Source of the DNA: a virus
DNA length: 64,000 bases
Virus record (IMG/VR): IMGVR_UViG_3300031857_000054
Coordinates: 1-64,000 of that record
Direction: 5' to 3' (one strand)
Part shown: positions 8,419 to 18,281 of the stretch, in pieces
How the letters are laid out: every line of letters starts with the position of its first letter
Position numbering within the stretch: the stretch's first letter is position 1
Notes under the pieces: model-generated
The model's input: the letters and a program-made list of their open reading frames with translations, nothing else
Database searches by the model: none
Told to the model about the DNA's origin: nothing
Made by a program: the position numbers and the translations under genes

Positions 8419-10422
8419 TTATTTCTTCCAATAAGGTGCGATACAAGGGTCAGCTTTCAGCGGTATAGTTTTACAAAACTTACTGCCTGCTTTCTCCATT
8501 GCATCTTGTAATGCATTAGCACATTCCTCAGCTAATGATTGAGGACATTCCACTAGGTTTTCGTCGTGGATTGTGTTTACAAACTTTACTGTAAATAGTA
8601 GTTTGTTTGGTACGAGATAGTTGTGCCAGAATAAAACACAAGATAACTTGGTTATTTCTGAAGACTCGCCTTGGATAGGATAGTTCAATGACATACGTTC
8701 AATCTCACCTTTCTTCATAGAGAATGCTTGTACTTCTTTCTTAAGCTCTCTAAAAGTAGGAGTATTGTTTTCTTTGTGTCTTTTGTAACTTTCCCAAAAA
8801 TCGTTAGTCATCTTGCCCTTCTTCTCCATGTACCATTCATAGTTGTCTACGTAAGACTTTTTACCTGTTACTTCTGAAATCAATACATAGCCATTCTTCA
8901 GTCCGAACTGTTTGGCTTTCTCAAAGTATGATTTCAATCCAGGAAATGCTCTGAAGTATGAATCATAGATATGCTGACCCTGATCTAGAGTTAGTCCTAA
9001 CTGATCCGCAATACCTCTTCCGCTGCCTCCGTAGTTGATGGCGAAACCTGCCACCTTTGCTGCTTGACGTTTCTCTTTATGCTTCTTCTTGATGTCATCA
9101 AGTGGCATGCCGTCTAGCTCTGGATACATCTTAGATGCCACAAATGAGTGCATATCTCCAAGATCCTTCCTGTAGAACTCTAATAGGTTCTCGTCAAGAC
9201 ATTTGTTCACTAGAACAATCTGCTCTTGACCTGTGTAATCACAGCCTATTAATGTGTTTCCTTCTTCTGCTACAAAACAACTTCTAGTTTCTACGTCACT
9301 AGGTATGTTTTGAAAGTTTGGATAAGCTTCTCCTGTAGCTTTGTTTCGTCCACCACTAGATAAGCGTCCAGTATTCATCAACTGCTTATAACTTGTGTGT
9401 ATTCTACCACTAACGGGGTTAATTAGCTTTAGCCAATTGTCGCCATACGTTCCGATATTCTTTTGGCATTCTTTGTATCGGATGTATGTTTCAAGTATAG
9501 GAAACTCTTCTACTTGTTTTACTAATTGACTTGACTCTGTAGTCTTCTTAACTACACCTTTGTCTACTATCTCAACGTCTACACCCATCATTTCAAATAG
9601 TTTAATGACTTGGGTTGCGCTGTTCCAGTTGATGTTGGTACTTAAACCTGGATTAAATAGATCTGTCTGTAAATCTACAAACTTGTCGTACTTATTCTCG
9701 ATTACATAGTTGTCAAGTTCTTTTCTTAGTTCTTCTGCTTCATTCTTAATCTTTCCCAATCGGTTGAGCCACTTCTCTACGTCTAGCTTCATACCGCAGT
9801 ATTCAATGTAAGATAAAACAATTACGAACCGATTATCTAGGTCAATAGATAATGTACAGTTCTTTTCCTTGATTAGTTCTTCTTGTTGTCTTCTGATTTC
9901 ATGTAGATATACTACGTCTGTGCCGCTATACCTAATGAAATCTACTGTAAACCTACCAGTAATGTTAAGACGCTCTGCCTTATCCATATACTTACCGCAG
10001 TATCTATCTACACAATCTGCCAAAGAACACTTATGGGTATCTACTCCTAAGTAAAGTGTCTTCTCTGCAATGAATGTGTCATATATCTTAGACGGTATAA
10101 TTCGGTTGTGCAAAAGAAATCTGATGTCAAACTTTAAGTTATGACCTATCAGTTCTTTCTTCTCAAGGATGTCCTTGAAGATTTGAATGTCAACAGTTGC
10201 TGTATCTATTACAAACTGAACTTGAGCATTACCAATCTGAATACATACTATCCTATCAGTATATGGATCAAAGCCCAGCGTCTCTATGTCAAATCCAAGT
10301 ACGTCCTGACTTTCCAAGTAGGATAAACAAGATGAGATTGTACAAGGCAATATCTCATCACGAGATAGTGTCTTGATTTCTTTTTGTAGTTCGGTGTTAT
10401 TTGTAATAAAATACAGTGCCAT
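8419..10422 (-). CDS. polA: DNA polymerase, family A, with 3'-5' exonuclease
   Basis: ExoI FDIETLG, ExoII GHNLKFD, TGRLSS, motif A CDYTGQE, motif B RQAAKVAGFAINYG (Phe at the E. coli 762-equivalent), motif C IHDE. Confidence 0.96.
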   Translation of the reverse strand: MALYFITNNTELQKEIKTLSRDEILPCTISSCLSYLESQDVLGFDIETLGFDPYTDRIVCIQIGNAQVQFVIDTATVDIQIFKDILEKKELIGHNLKFDIRFLLHNRIIPSKIYDTFIAEKTLYLGVDTHKCSLADCVDRYCGKYMDKAERLNITGRFTVDFIRYSGTDVVYLHEIRRQQEELIKEKNCTLSIDLDNRFVIVLSYIEYCGMKLDVEKWLNRLGKIKNEAEELRKELDNYVIENKYDKFVDLQTDLFNPGLSTNINWNSATQVIKLFEMMGVDVEIVDKGVVKKTTESSQLVKQVEEFPILETYIRYKECQKNIGTYGDNWLKLINPVSGRIHTSYKQLMNTGRLSSGGRNKATGEAYPNFQNIPSDVETRSCFVAEEGNTLIGCDYTGQEQIVLVNKCLDENLLEFYRKDLGDMHSFVASKMYPELDGMPLDDIKKKHKEKRQAAKVAGFAINYGGSGRGIADQLGLTLDQGQHIYDSYFRAFPGLKSYFEKAKQFGLKNGYVLISEVTGKKSYVDNYEWYMEKKGKMTNDFWESYKRHKENNTPTFRELKKEVQAFSMKKGEIERMSLNYPIQGESSEITKLSCVLFWHNYLVPNKLLFTVKFVNTIHDENLVECPQSLAEECANALQDAMEKAGSKFCKTIPLKADPCIAPYWKK

Positions 10423-11039
10423 TACTCCCAGATGTTTAGTTTCTTTCTTAGCTCCCCTACTTGTTCTTCGTAATGACTAATCATCGCCATCATCTCATCA
10501 GACGTAAATTTCTTCTGCTCACGAGACATGCGTACCATAGACTCTGCAGTGCCTTGACCATGCAGTTTATCTAAGTTTACTCCGAAAGTGTATTGGTTGC
10601 CACTCAATCCGATGTTACAAGCATAACATTGGGGCTTGCAATTTAGTACATGGAATCGAGTTGAGTAGAATCTTCTTGACTGAAAATGTCCACATTGTAT
10701 CTCTCTCCAGTGCAAAACTTTATCACATGTAAAACATTGAGCACTATGCTCCTTCTTAACACCTGATAATCTAACATAGACGCTAAAGATTCTGTCAAGT
10801 TTCTTGGTGAGAACACCAATAGACTCTGCTTTCTTCTTACGCACCTTCTCTTTGCGCTCTTTAACTTTGGTTTGGTTAATACGCTTTACACAAACTGCAC
10901 ATAGCTTCTTCGACTTGTTGGAATATGGTCTCTTCTTGCCACATTCACTACATATAGTTTCGACTACAGGTTTGTCCTTCTTTACAGGTTCTCCTTTAAC
11001 TGGAGTTTTCTTTTCCTGTGGGTCTTTTCTTCGCAACAT
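10422..11039 (-). CDS. NinG/Rap-like HNH nuclease
   Basis: LDRIFSVYVR...CFTC...QCGHFQSR...TRF...NCKPQCYACN. Confidence 0.85.
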   Translation of the reverse strand: MLRRKDPQEKKTPVKGEPVKKDKPVVETICSECGKKRPYSNKSKKLCAVCVKRINQTKVKERKEKVRKKKAESIGVLTKKLDRIFSVYVRLSGVKKEHSAQCFTCDKVLHWREIQCGHFQSRRFYSTRFHVLNCKPQCYACNIGLSGNQYTFGVNLDKLHGQGTAESMVRMSREQKKFTSDEMMAMISHYEEQVGELRKKLNIWE

Positions 11040-11111
11040 AATACAATATACAAAGGAAAAGAATAACCCAAGCTATACTCAGGTTATTCTGTTCCTAATT
11101 GTTGGTTAATT

Positions 11112-11960
11112 TTAGATGTAAACCTCTACTGGTTTGCTCCGTACAAACTTGTTCTCGATTATGTCAAACGCACGTTGGTTAATACGAGCACCTGCACCGA
11201 ACATCAATGCCTTACGTTTAGTGTCAATGTCTTTGTAAGGAGTCATGTGATTGGTGAAACGTGTAACTGCATTAAACAATCCGTAAGCTGACTCACCGTG
11301 TGCTGCATACTCTGTAGACATTGCTGCTTTCAAATCATTCAGACGGTTGGTGCTACGAGTAGACTCCAAGTGACCTCCAATAATCTCAAACAAGAAATCA
11401 TCATCAATCTTACTAGGTACTACTGTATTGCTCATCTGAATCATACGCTGAATGGTCTGCTCTTCTGCAAACATAGATGCACGCAATGAGTTGATGATTC
11501 CTGCAAGTCTTTCCTTGTGGTTAGGTGTGTGTTTAACTGCTTCGCAATCTTTGAATGCCTGAAAGAAAGTGTTTTGGCAAATCACAACTACGTTAGTTGC
11601 ACCAAACCCAATCTTAGTTAAGCCGTCATGTGCAGTCAAACCTGTCAAGTAACGGAGATTCTTAGAACCACCAATAGTTACTTCAGGTAATTGAAACTGA
11701 TAATAGATACGCTCGCCCATTCCCAAACAACCACCACGTACAGCAGGGATGTTTACACTACCTGCGGCATCCATAAGCATTTCTACCACTTCGTGATTCT
11801 GTGTGATGGTGTACTTACCACCAACTAAGCCTAAGCATCTGTCGTTATCTTGTCTAAAGATACCATAGCCACTGGTAGGCTCTCCATTAGGACCAAACAA
11901 TGGTCTCTTCTCTACTGTCCAATCTGTGTGTGATGCGGTTAATAATTGTTCCTTGTTCAT
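11112..11960 (-). CDS. DUF932-family protein
   Basis: YTITQNHE, AHDG, VVVICQNT, KHT, SAYGLFNAVT motifs. Confidence 0.8.
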   Translation of the reverse strand: MNKEQLLTASHTDWTVEKRPLFGPNGEPTSGYGIFRQDNDRCLGLVGGKYTITQNHEVVEMLMDAAGSVNIPAVRGGCLGMGERIYYQFQLPEVTIGGSKNLRYLTGLTAHDGLTKIGFGATNVVVICQNTFFQAFKDCEAVKHTPNHKERLAGIINSLRASMFAEEQTIQRMIQMSNTVVPSKIDDDFLFEIIGGHLESTRSTNRLNDLKAAMSTEYAAHGESAYGLFNAVTRFTNHMTPYKDIDTKRKALMFGAGARINQRAFDIIENKFVRSKPVEVYI

Positions 11961-12187
11961 TTTAGTTCTTTAATTGTTTTTAAAAGTAATTCTAGTTCTT
12001 TAATTCTTCCTAAGTGCTCACAATAGTCAAACTCACTTGTACCAGCGTCTCTAGTTGCCTTTAACTCATCTAGTCTGTCGCTGACATAATTAGCCAAGTA
12101 GCTTGTTGTTTGTGCCACAGTTCTACTTTCTACGGTCTGTATCAGTTCGTCTAAAGTCTCTGCCATAGTTTTGTTTTCTGTTGTCAT
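11957..12187 (-). CDS. Hypothetical protein
   Basis: 76 aa ORF coupled to its neighbours. Confidence 0.65.
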   Translation of the reverse strand: MTTENKTMAETLDELIQTVESRTVAQTTSYLANYVSDRLDELKATRDAGTSEFDYCEHLGRIKELELLLKTIKELK

Positions 12188-12885
12188 TAAGTTTTAATCC
12201 ATTCGATGTTGTAGCCATTGGCTCCCATCAGGTGTGTGTTAATTTGTTTGAAGTGGTTACAACTCCACTGTCTGCCTTGATAACTTGCAGCTACAGGATG
12301 CTCTGCTGTAAGGACGATGTGATGACTGCCTATTTTACTTTGAAAGGCTTGTGCATCTTTACCCCATAAACAGAATATAACTCCTGTAGAGTACTCGTTA
12401 AGTGCATTGATTACTTCAGTTGTCCAGTTCTCCCAAACTTTCATATGACTACCAGGCTTACCCTGCTCAACGGTTAACGCAGCGTTGAGCATAAGTACAC
12501 CTTGTTTTGCCCAATGTTCAATATCCAAGTCAACAGGGAACGTCATTTCATCTGAATAGAAATCCTCCTTGATTCTATTGTAAATCTGCCTAAGGCTAGG
12601 AGGTATATAATCTCTATCTCTAGGTGCAAATGAAAGTCCACATGCTACTGGTTTCTCTTTATATAAGTTTGGGTATGGATCCATTCCAATAATGACGGTA
12701 TTGACATTATTGTATGGAGTTAGTTGAAATGCTCTGAAGATTTCGTTACTTGGAGGAAAGACATCCGTTTCTTTTCTTTTGGATGCAACATATCTTCCAA
12801 GTTTTGTGAATTCTTCTGATTCAATGTAGTGTCTCAGTTTGTTATACCAATCGTCAGGTATATCTATTCTTTTAGTTAACGACAT
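12187..12885 (-). CDS. ung: Uracil-DNA glycosylase, family 1
   Basis: GMDPYP, GLSF, PPSLRQI, WAKQGVLMLN, LWG, HP motifs. Confidence 0.95.
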   Translation of the reverse strand: MSLTKRIDIPDDWYNKLRHYIESEEFTKLGRYVASKRKETDVFPPSNEIFRAFQLTPYNNVNTVIIGMDPYPNLYKEKPVACGLSFAPRDRDYIPPSLRQIYNRIKEDFYSDEMTFPVDLDIEHWAKQGVLMLNAALTVEQGKPGSHMKVWENWTTEVINALNEYSTGVIFCLWGKDAQAFQSKIGSHHIVLTAEHPVAASYQGRQWSCNHFKQINTHLMGANGYNIEWIKT

Positions 12886-13459
12886 TTTTACTTCTTTTGG
12901 CTTTTCTTTCTGCTTTGATTTTGGCGTATTCGGCTGATTGGTTTTCTAGTACGTCTTTAGTAATAAACAAATGAGGCATCTCTTCTTTGATTCTTGAGAT
13001 TGTATTGAAGTACTTGATTGCATACATAGAGTCACTTTCTAATAAATCTTCGTGAGTACCTGTGTTATGAATGATAGTGCTGTGGTCTCTGCCAAACATC
13101 CTGCCCAAATCAGAGTAAGTATAGGCACGATAATAGTAGAAGAAGCACATGAGAATCATCCGAACCTCAACTATTTCTCTTCTCCTACTGCTAGATATAA
13201 CACTATTAAAGTCATAGTGGTTATAGTCACAAGCTATCTGAACTATCTTTAACTCATCTATACTCATTGGTCTGAATGGCTTAATCTTAAGAGGTTTCTT
13301 CTTCTTATTACTACCAAAAGACTTATTCTTGTAGGGTTTAATAGTTTCTAGTCCTAAGATCTTAGTAACAGTTCTATCTACATACCAAGTATCTACATCA
13401 GGCATATCCTTTGAGCACTCTTTAACGACAATCTCTACAATATTTCGTATTGTTTGCAT
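12872..13459 (-). CDS. DnaA C-terminal (domain IV) HTH protein
   Basis: SRRREIVEVRM...YSDLGRMFGRDHSTIIH matches the DnaA_C signature; no AAA+ domain. Confidence 0.8.
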   Translation of the reverse strand: MQTIRNIVEIVVKECSKDMPDVDTWYVDRTVTKILGLETIKPYKNKSFGSNKKKKPLKIKPFRPMSIDELKIVQIACDYNHYDFNSVISSSRRREIVEVRMILMCFFYYYRAYTYSDLGRMFGRDHSTIIHNTGTHEDLLESDSMYAIKYFNTISRIKEEMPHLFITKDVLENQSAEYAKIKAERKAKRSKNVVN

Positions 13460-14397
13460 AGTTCTATTAGTTTTGTTATTCCGTGTGTTTTAACAATGTC
13501 ACTAGTGTCTTTACCTAGCTGTGCATTGTGTATTATTCTTACTAGTTTAGGGTACTTAGCAACCATTTTTTGTGATTTTTCTTCACCAGTTGCATCAGCA
13601 TCATACCAAATAAACACCTGTTTAAATCTGCTGAACAAATCCTCCATAGTTTCTTCGCTAAGTAAACTTGACTCTGACCTAGGTGATACTGCATTTAATC
13701 CAATGGTAGAAAACACCATAACATCCTTTGTGGATTTAGTTATGATTAGTTTATTTCCCTTTGCTGGTAATACAAAAGCACCTTCAAGTTCTTGAGTATA
13801 GTTATTCCTAAACTTCTTATCCTTATTGAACGGTCTGTACAACTTAATTTTGTCTCCCTCAATATACCTGTAGCATGGATCTCTATCACTATCCATGTAG
13901 GTTAGTGTCTCATAGGTCCATACTTTCTTTACTCTTCTGACATTGTACTTTTTAAGTGTCTTTAGGTCGATGTTAAACTGGCCCCAGAACTCTAAATCTT
14001 TCTGGGTGTATGGTCTAACTTCTACCTTAATTACAGTTTCTTGTTCACTCTCCTCCTTATTGTACTTTATGGTAGGAGTAGGGAGTTCAAGTGGCTGTAA
14101 GTTTGACATCTGTTGATACATGTGATGAGAACTTAAAGACTTACCTGCTCTTAAGTTAGCTATCTGAAAGCAATCAAACTGTTTACCTAAACTAAAGTCA
14201 TTGAATACTAAAACACCGACACGTGTGTAGAAAAAGTAACACTTTGGAGTATTGTCTTCTCTAAATGGATTTAGATAAGCATGTCGTAACCGAATGGGTT
14301 CTCCAAAGTAATACTCCATGATTTGTTCCTGGCTGAAAATAGTCAGTAACTCCTCTCTACTTACTAGCTTGTTGGTTTTAATTGTACTTAGGTCCAT
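13435..14397 (-). CDS. DNA primase (TOPRIM)
   Basis: NPFREDNTP, IITKSTKDVM, YDADATG, KDTSD: crAss-type primase. Confidence 0.88.
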   Translation of the reverse strand: MDLSTIKTNKLVSREELLTIFSQEQIMEYYFGEPIRLRHAYLNPFREDNTPKCYFFYTRVGVLVFNDFSLGKQFDCFQIANLRAGKSLSSHHMYQQMSNLQPLELPTPTIKYNKEESEQETVIKVEVRPYTQKDLEFWGQFNIDLKTLKKYNVRRVKKVWTYETLTYMDSDRDPCYRYIEGDKIKLYRPFNKDKKFRNNYTQELEGAFVLPAKGNKLIITKSTKDVMVFSTIGLNAVSPRSESSLLSEETMEDLFSRFKQVFIWYDADATGEEKSQKMVAKYPKLVRIIHNAQLGKDTSDIVKTHGITKLIELCKQYEIL

Positions 14398-14458
14398 ATG
14401 ATTACTATTAATAGAAAAGAGGGGCAGGTTATACCCCTCTTCCTACTGCTATAACTAA

Positions 14459-15319
14459 TTAACCAAATAGATCATCCTCAAAAGGACTGCTACTTTCTGG
14501 TGCTTTGGTTACTGGTACATCTCCAAATGGATCATCATTAGTTGTCCAAGGGTCATTACCTGAGTCTACTGCATCAGGTGCACTGTCTGCAATATACTCT
14601 TTCAAATTAAAGCTATGACCGTAGTAATGACGGTAGCCATAATTATCATCAGTAATCTTGTTCTTCATGTAGTCGCTCAACTTACCATTAACTGTCAAGA
14701 ACATGCTGTTCCAAACATCTTGGTATTGACCATCCTTAACACCCAACAACACTTTAACACCTCCACCTTTGTTGTCAGCCCAAGCAAAGAACTCACGCAA
14801 TTCTTTTACGTTGCCTTTGATAATGTTCTTAATGTCATCCAACATGAATGGAGAGTTGTTAGTGTCGATGTTACCGTATGCTCTCAACAAGCTATACAAA
14901 TCTTCTTCACCACGCAACGCTTGACGCACGTTATCCAACTTCAACTTGTTGTAGTCAGCCAATTTGCTGTTACGCTCTGACAAATCTCCCAAGCTATCAG
15001 CCCAACAAGTCTTACTGTGATTGTCGATATACTGATTCTTACCTGACTGGCTAGTGCGTGGTTGATTGCTAAGAAACAAAGCAAACTTACCTAAGAGTGG
15101 AGTGGTGATGCTATCGTGATTCTTGTAGAAGAAGTCAATACGAGTAGAGTCTTCGGTAAAGTAATTTGGTTCTTTTACTTTCTCTACATCTACTTCATAC
15201 AACGCTGCAATTTGCTCACGAGTAGGGTTAATGGCTACAATTTTGATAGGAGCAATACCTGTAAACAACTTCTTGTTACTAGCTCCACTAGTTCTGGTTT
15301 CTAAATTTTCTAAATTCAT
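14459..15319 (-). CDS. Putative ssDNA-binding/replication protein
   Basis: Lies between the ATPase and primase; acidic C-terminal tail (FEDDLFG). Confidence 0.55.
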   Translation of the reverse strand: MNLENLETRTSGASNKKLFTGIAPIKIVAINPTREQIAALYEVDVEKVKEPNYFTEDSTRIDFFYKNHDSITTPLLGKFALFLSNQPRTSQSGKNQYIDNHSKTCWADSLGDLSERNSKLADYNKLKLDNVRQALRGEEDLYSLLRAYGNIDTNNSPFMLDDIKNIIKGNVKELREFFAWADNKGGGVKVLLGVKDGQYQDVWNSMFLTVNGKLSDYMKNKITDDNYGYRHYYGHSFNLKEYIADSAPDAVDSGNDPWTTNDDPFGDVPVTKAPESSSPFEDDLFG

Positions 15320-15346
15320 TGTTTTAAATGTTTAATTTTTTTTTTC

Positions 15347-16018
15347 TTAAGAATAATACTCGTCAATGTAATCTGTTACAACTTTCAAGTCGTTAGGAAT
15401 ACGGATTTCTGGAAACATACCTTGTGGTGACTTTGCTGGATACTTCTTCCAACGGTTAGTTACAAACTCGTAAGTTGCGTTGCCCTCATTATCTTCATCT
15501 ACGTGAGTGTACAATGCAATTGTGAATAAGCCTTCTAACACAATTTGGTTGTCAAGAAGTTTACCTGCTGTCTTCATCTTGTAAGAAACGATAGCTCCAT
15601 CGTCCATAATTTCCTCAGGATGGGAAAAGTAGAAAATTTTCAAGTCCGAACGTAATTTGCGGGCCTCCGTAAGTAATGTGACCATGTCCTTGGCCATTAT
15701 GGAAAACTTGGTGAAGCCTGTTTCTGTGGCTTTCTTTACCATGTTGAATCCCATAATGTAATTGGAATCTTCTAGGACTACATTCTTAATGTGTGGTGCC
15801 TTCTCGCTGATACTTTGTAGATACTTTACAACTTGCAGTGCTTCGTCTATTTCTGCATAGTTCTTGTTCTCTACATTGTACATCAAGTTGGAACCTTTGA
15901 ATGGAAGTTCTTTACGAGCGATGTTAATAATGTACGTTTCTTTTGGGTCGAGACTTTTGATTGACGTTGATTTCCCACTACCAGTGGGTCCGATTACTGC
16001 GATTAATTTACTAGACAT
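15347..16018 (-). CDS. AAA_24/Sak4-like ATPase
   Basis: Walker A GPTGSGKST, Walker B VVLED, KTAGKLLD...EGLF, AKSP. Confidence 0.88.
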   Translation of the reverse strand: MSSKLIAVIGPTGSGKSTSIKSLDPKETYIINIARKELPFKGSNLMYNVENKNYAEIDEALQVVKYLQSISEKAPHIKNVVLEDSNYIMGFNMVKKATETGFTKFSIMAKDMVTLLTEARKLRSDLKIFYFSHPEEIMDDGAIVSYKMKTAGKLLDNQIVLEGLFTIALYTHVDEDNEGNATYEFVTNRWKKYPAKSPQGMFPEIRIPNDLKVVTDYIDEYYS

Positions 16019-16030
16019 TTGCTTTTTTGT

Positions 16031-16366
16031 TTATGGTTTATTTTCTTTTATATAATCCAAATCTCCGTCTTGCTCTAGTGCCCATCCATAAAGCAGTGTG
16101 AACTCTTTTACTAGCTTAATTAGGTCGTTTGTGCTGTAAGGTTCATTTGGTCTATAGTCAGATATTTCGAGCAAAGCGTCGTGATTGGCAACTAAGTATT
16201 GGAACATCCACTCTTGGAACTTAATCTCTTCATCAATTGTCCACTCATGCTCTTCCTGCCACATATCTTTCATGATGTCGATATCATTAAAATTTGTACC
16301 AACTCTAGCACACATTTCAATGAGTATAATTTCTAAGTGTTTTCCTGTTTTAAGCTTCTTTAACAT
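16031..16366 (-). CDS. Hypothetical protein
   Basis: 111 aa ORF. Confidence 0.7.
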   Translation of the reverse strand: MLKKLKTGKHLEIILIEMCARVGTNFNDIDIMKDMWQEEHEWTIDEEIKFQEWMFQYLVANHDALLEISDYRPNEPYSTNDLIKLVKEFTLLYGWALEQDGDLDYIKENKP

Positions 16367-16368
16367 TT

Positions 16369-17487
16369 CTATTTCTTCTCTCTAAATTGTTCGTAATAGT
16401 TACCAGTAGACATTGTCTCTGCTCTAGGCAGTTCTTGAAAAAATCCACTAGCACCCTCAAAGTGTAAACCTAAACTAGCGTTTTCTAGTCCATAGTGTCT
16501 ATCCTTGAGGAATTTGAGACAACGATATGTCTTACCCAAGATAGATATGTCATATCCATTGTGAGTTTCTATATCGTAACGTGATGGGTTGAACAGCCCC
16601 AGCACAATCTCGTAATCCTGGTGCACACCTTTGTTAATGTGCAGTTCTTCTAAAGATGGCTCTATCTTTTCTTCAATCAGATGTCCTTTGTTAGTGTACA
16701 CGGCTTTCTCCGAAGATGGAGTTTGCTGATGTACGACTACGTTTACCATTTGATATCTCTTGGCAAACACATCTAAGATATAATCCTTAACCATCAAGTC
16801 AAAGGTTTGGTACGGAGTGTACTTCATCTTACTATCAGGTATAGTTTCGTTAGAAAGCAAACTGATGTGGTCAATGATACAGAATACCCATAGGTTATCC
16901 GACTTGTACTTGTAACCTGTTAACCTTCTACTTCCATCAGGCATCTCTTTGTATATGTTTTCGCCTATCTCTGGATTATCGAAGTAGGCTCTGATGTATT
17001 TTAAGATTCCCGTGGGGTTTCTGATGTAATCTATACACTCTACTGTTTCTTGCAAAACGTTAATGTATCTTTCTGCTTCCTTAATCTTAGCCATCAAATC
17101 AGCACTTACATTAAAACTACCAATAGATTTAAGCTGAGACACACTGATGTTTAGTTTGTGTTGTTGATACAGGTAACTAGAAATAAACGATAACCAAAAG
17201 TCCGTTTGGTTTTCTTCTAAGGCAAAATAAAATATCTTGGCTTTGATGTTGCTCTTATGTGTTCTCCTCAACACATTGTGTACGGTCAGATATTTTACGA
17301 ATTTGGTTTTACCTACTCCCGAAGAAGCGGTAATTGCGGTGATAGAACCTTTGGTAAATCCCCCATAATACTGTGACAGCCTATCAAACGGACCAAGGAT
17401 AGAAGTAATGCCTCCTTCTTCCTTGATACGCTTGTTAGTTTCTATCACTTTTACTAAATCTTGAAACTTAACTAACTCGTGTGACAT
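16369..17487 (-). CDS. DnaB-like replicative helicase
   Basis: Walker A ASSGVGKT, FALEE, IIDHISLL, HQQ, LKDRHYG. Confidence 0.9.
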   Translation of the reverse strand: MSHELVKFQDLVKVIETNKRIKEEGGITSILGPFDRLSQYYGGFTKGSITAITASSGVGKTKFVKYLTVHNVLRRTHKSNIKAKIFYFALEENQTDFWLSFISSYLYQQHKLNISVSQLKSIGSFNVSADLMAKIKEAERYINVLQETVECIDYIRNPTGILKYIRAYFDNPEIGENIYKEMPDGSRRLTGYKYKSDNLWVFCIIDHISLLSNETIPDSKMKYTPYQTFDLMVKDYILDVFAKRYQMVNVVVHQQTPSSEKAVYTNKGHLIEEKIEPSLEELHINKGVHQDYEIVLGLFNPSRYDIETHNGYDISILGKTYRCLKFLKDRHYGLENASLGLHFEGASGFFQELPRAETMSTGNYYEQFREKK

Positions 17488-17527
17488 ACGTAGGGATGTT
17501 TAATGGTGTGGTAGGAAAAAGAAAAAA

Positions 17528-18067
17528 TCAAAGTATTGTGTGACTTGTGTAACGCTTGTTGTTACCATTTCTAACTTCTTCACACCACTTGGATAAATTA
17601 CTTACCTGGACACCGCCTTGTAGTTTACTGATAAAGTAATGAGCCTCTTGTACAAAGCCCATACTGTTAGTTCTTTTTTGGTTGTCAAGATACAAGTCAA
17701 CTGCTGCTAGAATCTCTTCTTCGGTATAGTCATAGTCTTTGTGGAACTCTTGTAGCTTCTTACGCACAGCTTTTATGTTACCACCCTTACCTGCTATACC
17801 AATAGCCTTAGCGCTAAACTTACTAGCAAACTTTCCTGCAAACTCAATCTCTTCAAGATTGATTTCTACTTCTCTTGCCTTAGGTCCTGGCTTATCACTT
17901 AAGTTTACACCACCTATGGACTCCTCTAGCTCTAGGATTTCTAGAGCCTTTGGTGTCCAAAATGTTGTGTTTTTACTAGTGACAAGAAGACCTTCGTCAA
18001 ACCATTTCTGTAGGATTCCCTCTCTCTCCAAGAGACTCCACATTACTTCGTAAAACGACTTCTTCAT
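17528..18067 (-). CDS. Hypothetical protein, possible replication initiator or helicase loader
   Basis: Immediately upstream of DnaB; function inferred from position only. Confidence 0.6.
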   Translation of the reverse strand: MKKSFYEVMWSLLEREGILQKWFDEGLLVTSKNTTFWTPKALEILELEESIGGVNLSDKPGPKAREVEINLEEIEFAGKFASKFSAKAIGIAGKGGNIKAVRKKLQEFHKDYDYTEEEILAAVDLYLDNQKRTNSMGFVQEAHYFISKLQGGVQVSNLSKWCEEVRNGNNKRYTSHTIL

Positions 18068-18281
18068 TGTTAGTTGGTTGATTTAAAGGAAGATTTTCCT
18101 TTAGTGGGGTATCAAAATTAGGCATGTGTTCGGAAATTTGCAAGTCTTTTCCACAATAGTTTTCCTCCTCATTCCAGTCAATTAGAGACTCTTCGTAGGC
18201 TCTTTTTGCCAAAAGAAAATCTGGACTTGTGTCCAGACTTTCTCCATAGCAATTAAACGATAAATCTTTTTTATCTACCAT
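17997..18281 (-). CDS. Hypothetical protein
   Basis: 94 aa ORF. Confidence 0.5.
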   Translation of the reverse strand: MVDKKDLSFNCYGESLDTSPDFLLAKRAYEESLIDWNEEENYCGKDLQISEHMPNFDTPLKENLPLNQPTNNEEVVLRSNVESLGERGNPTEMV

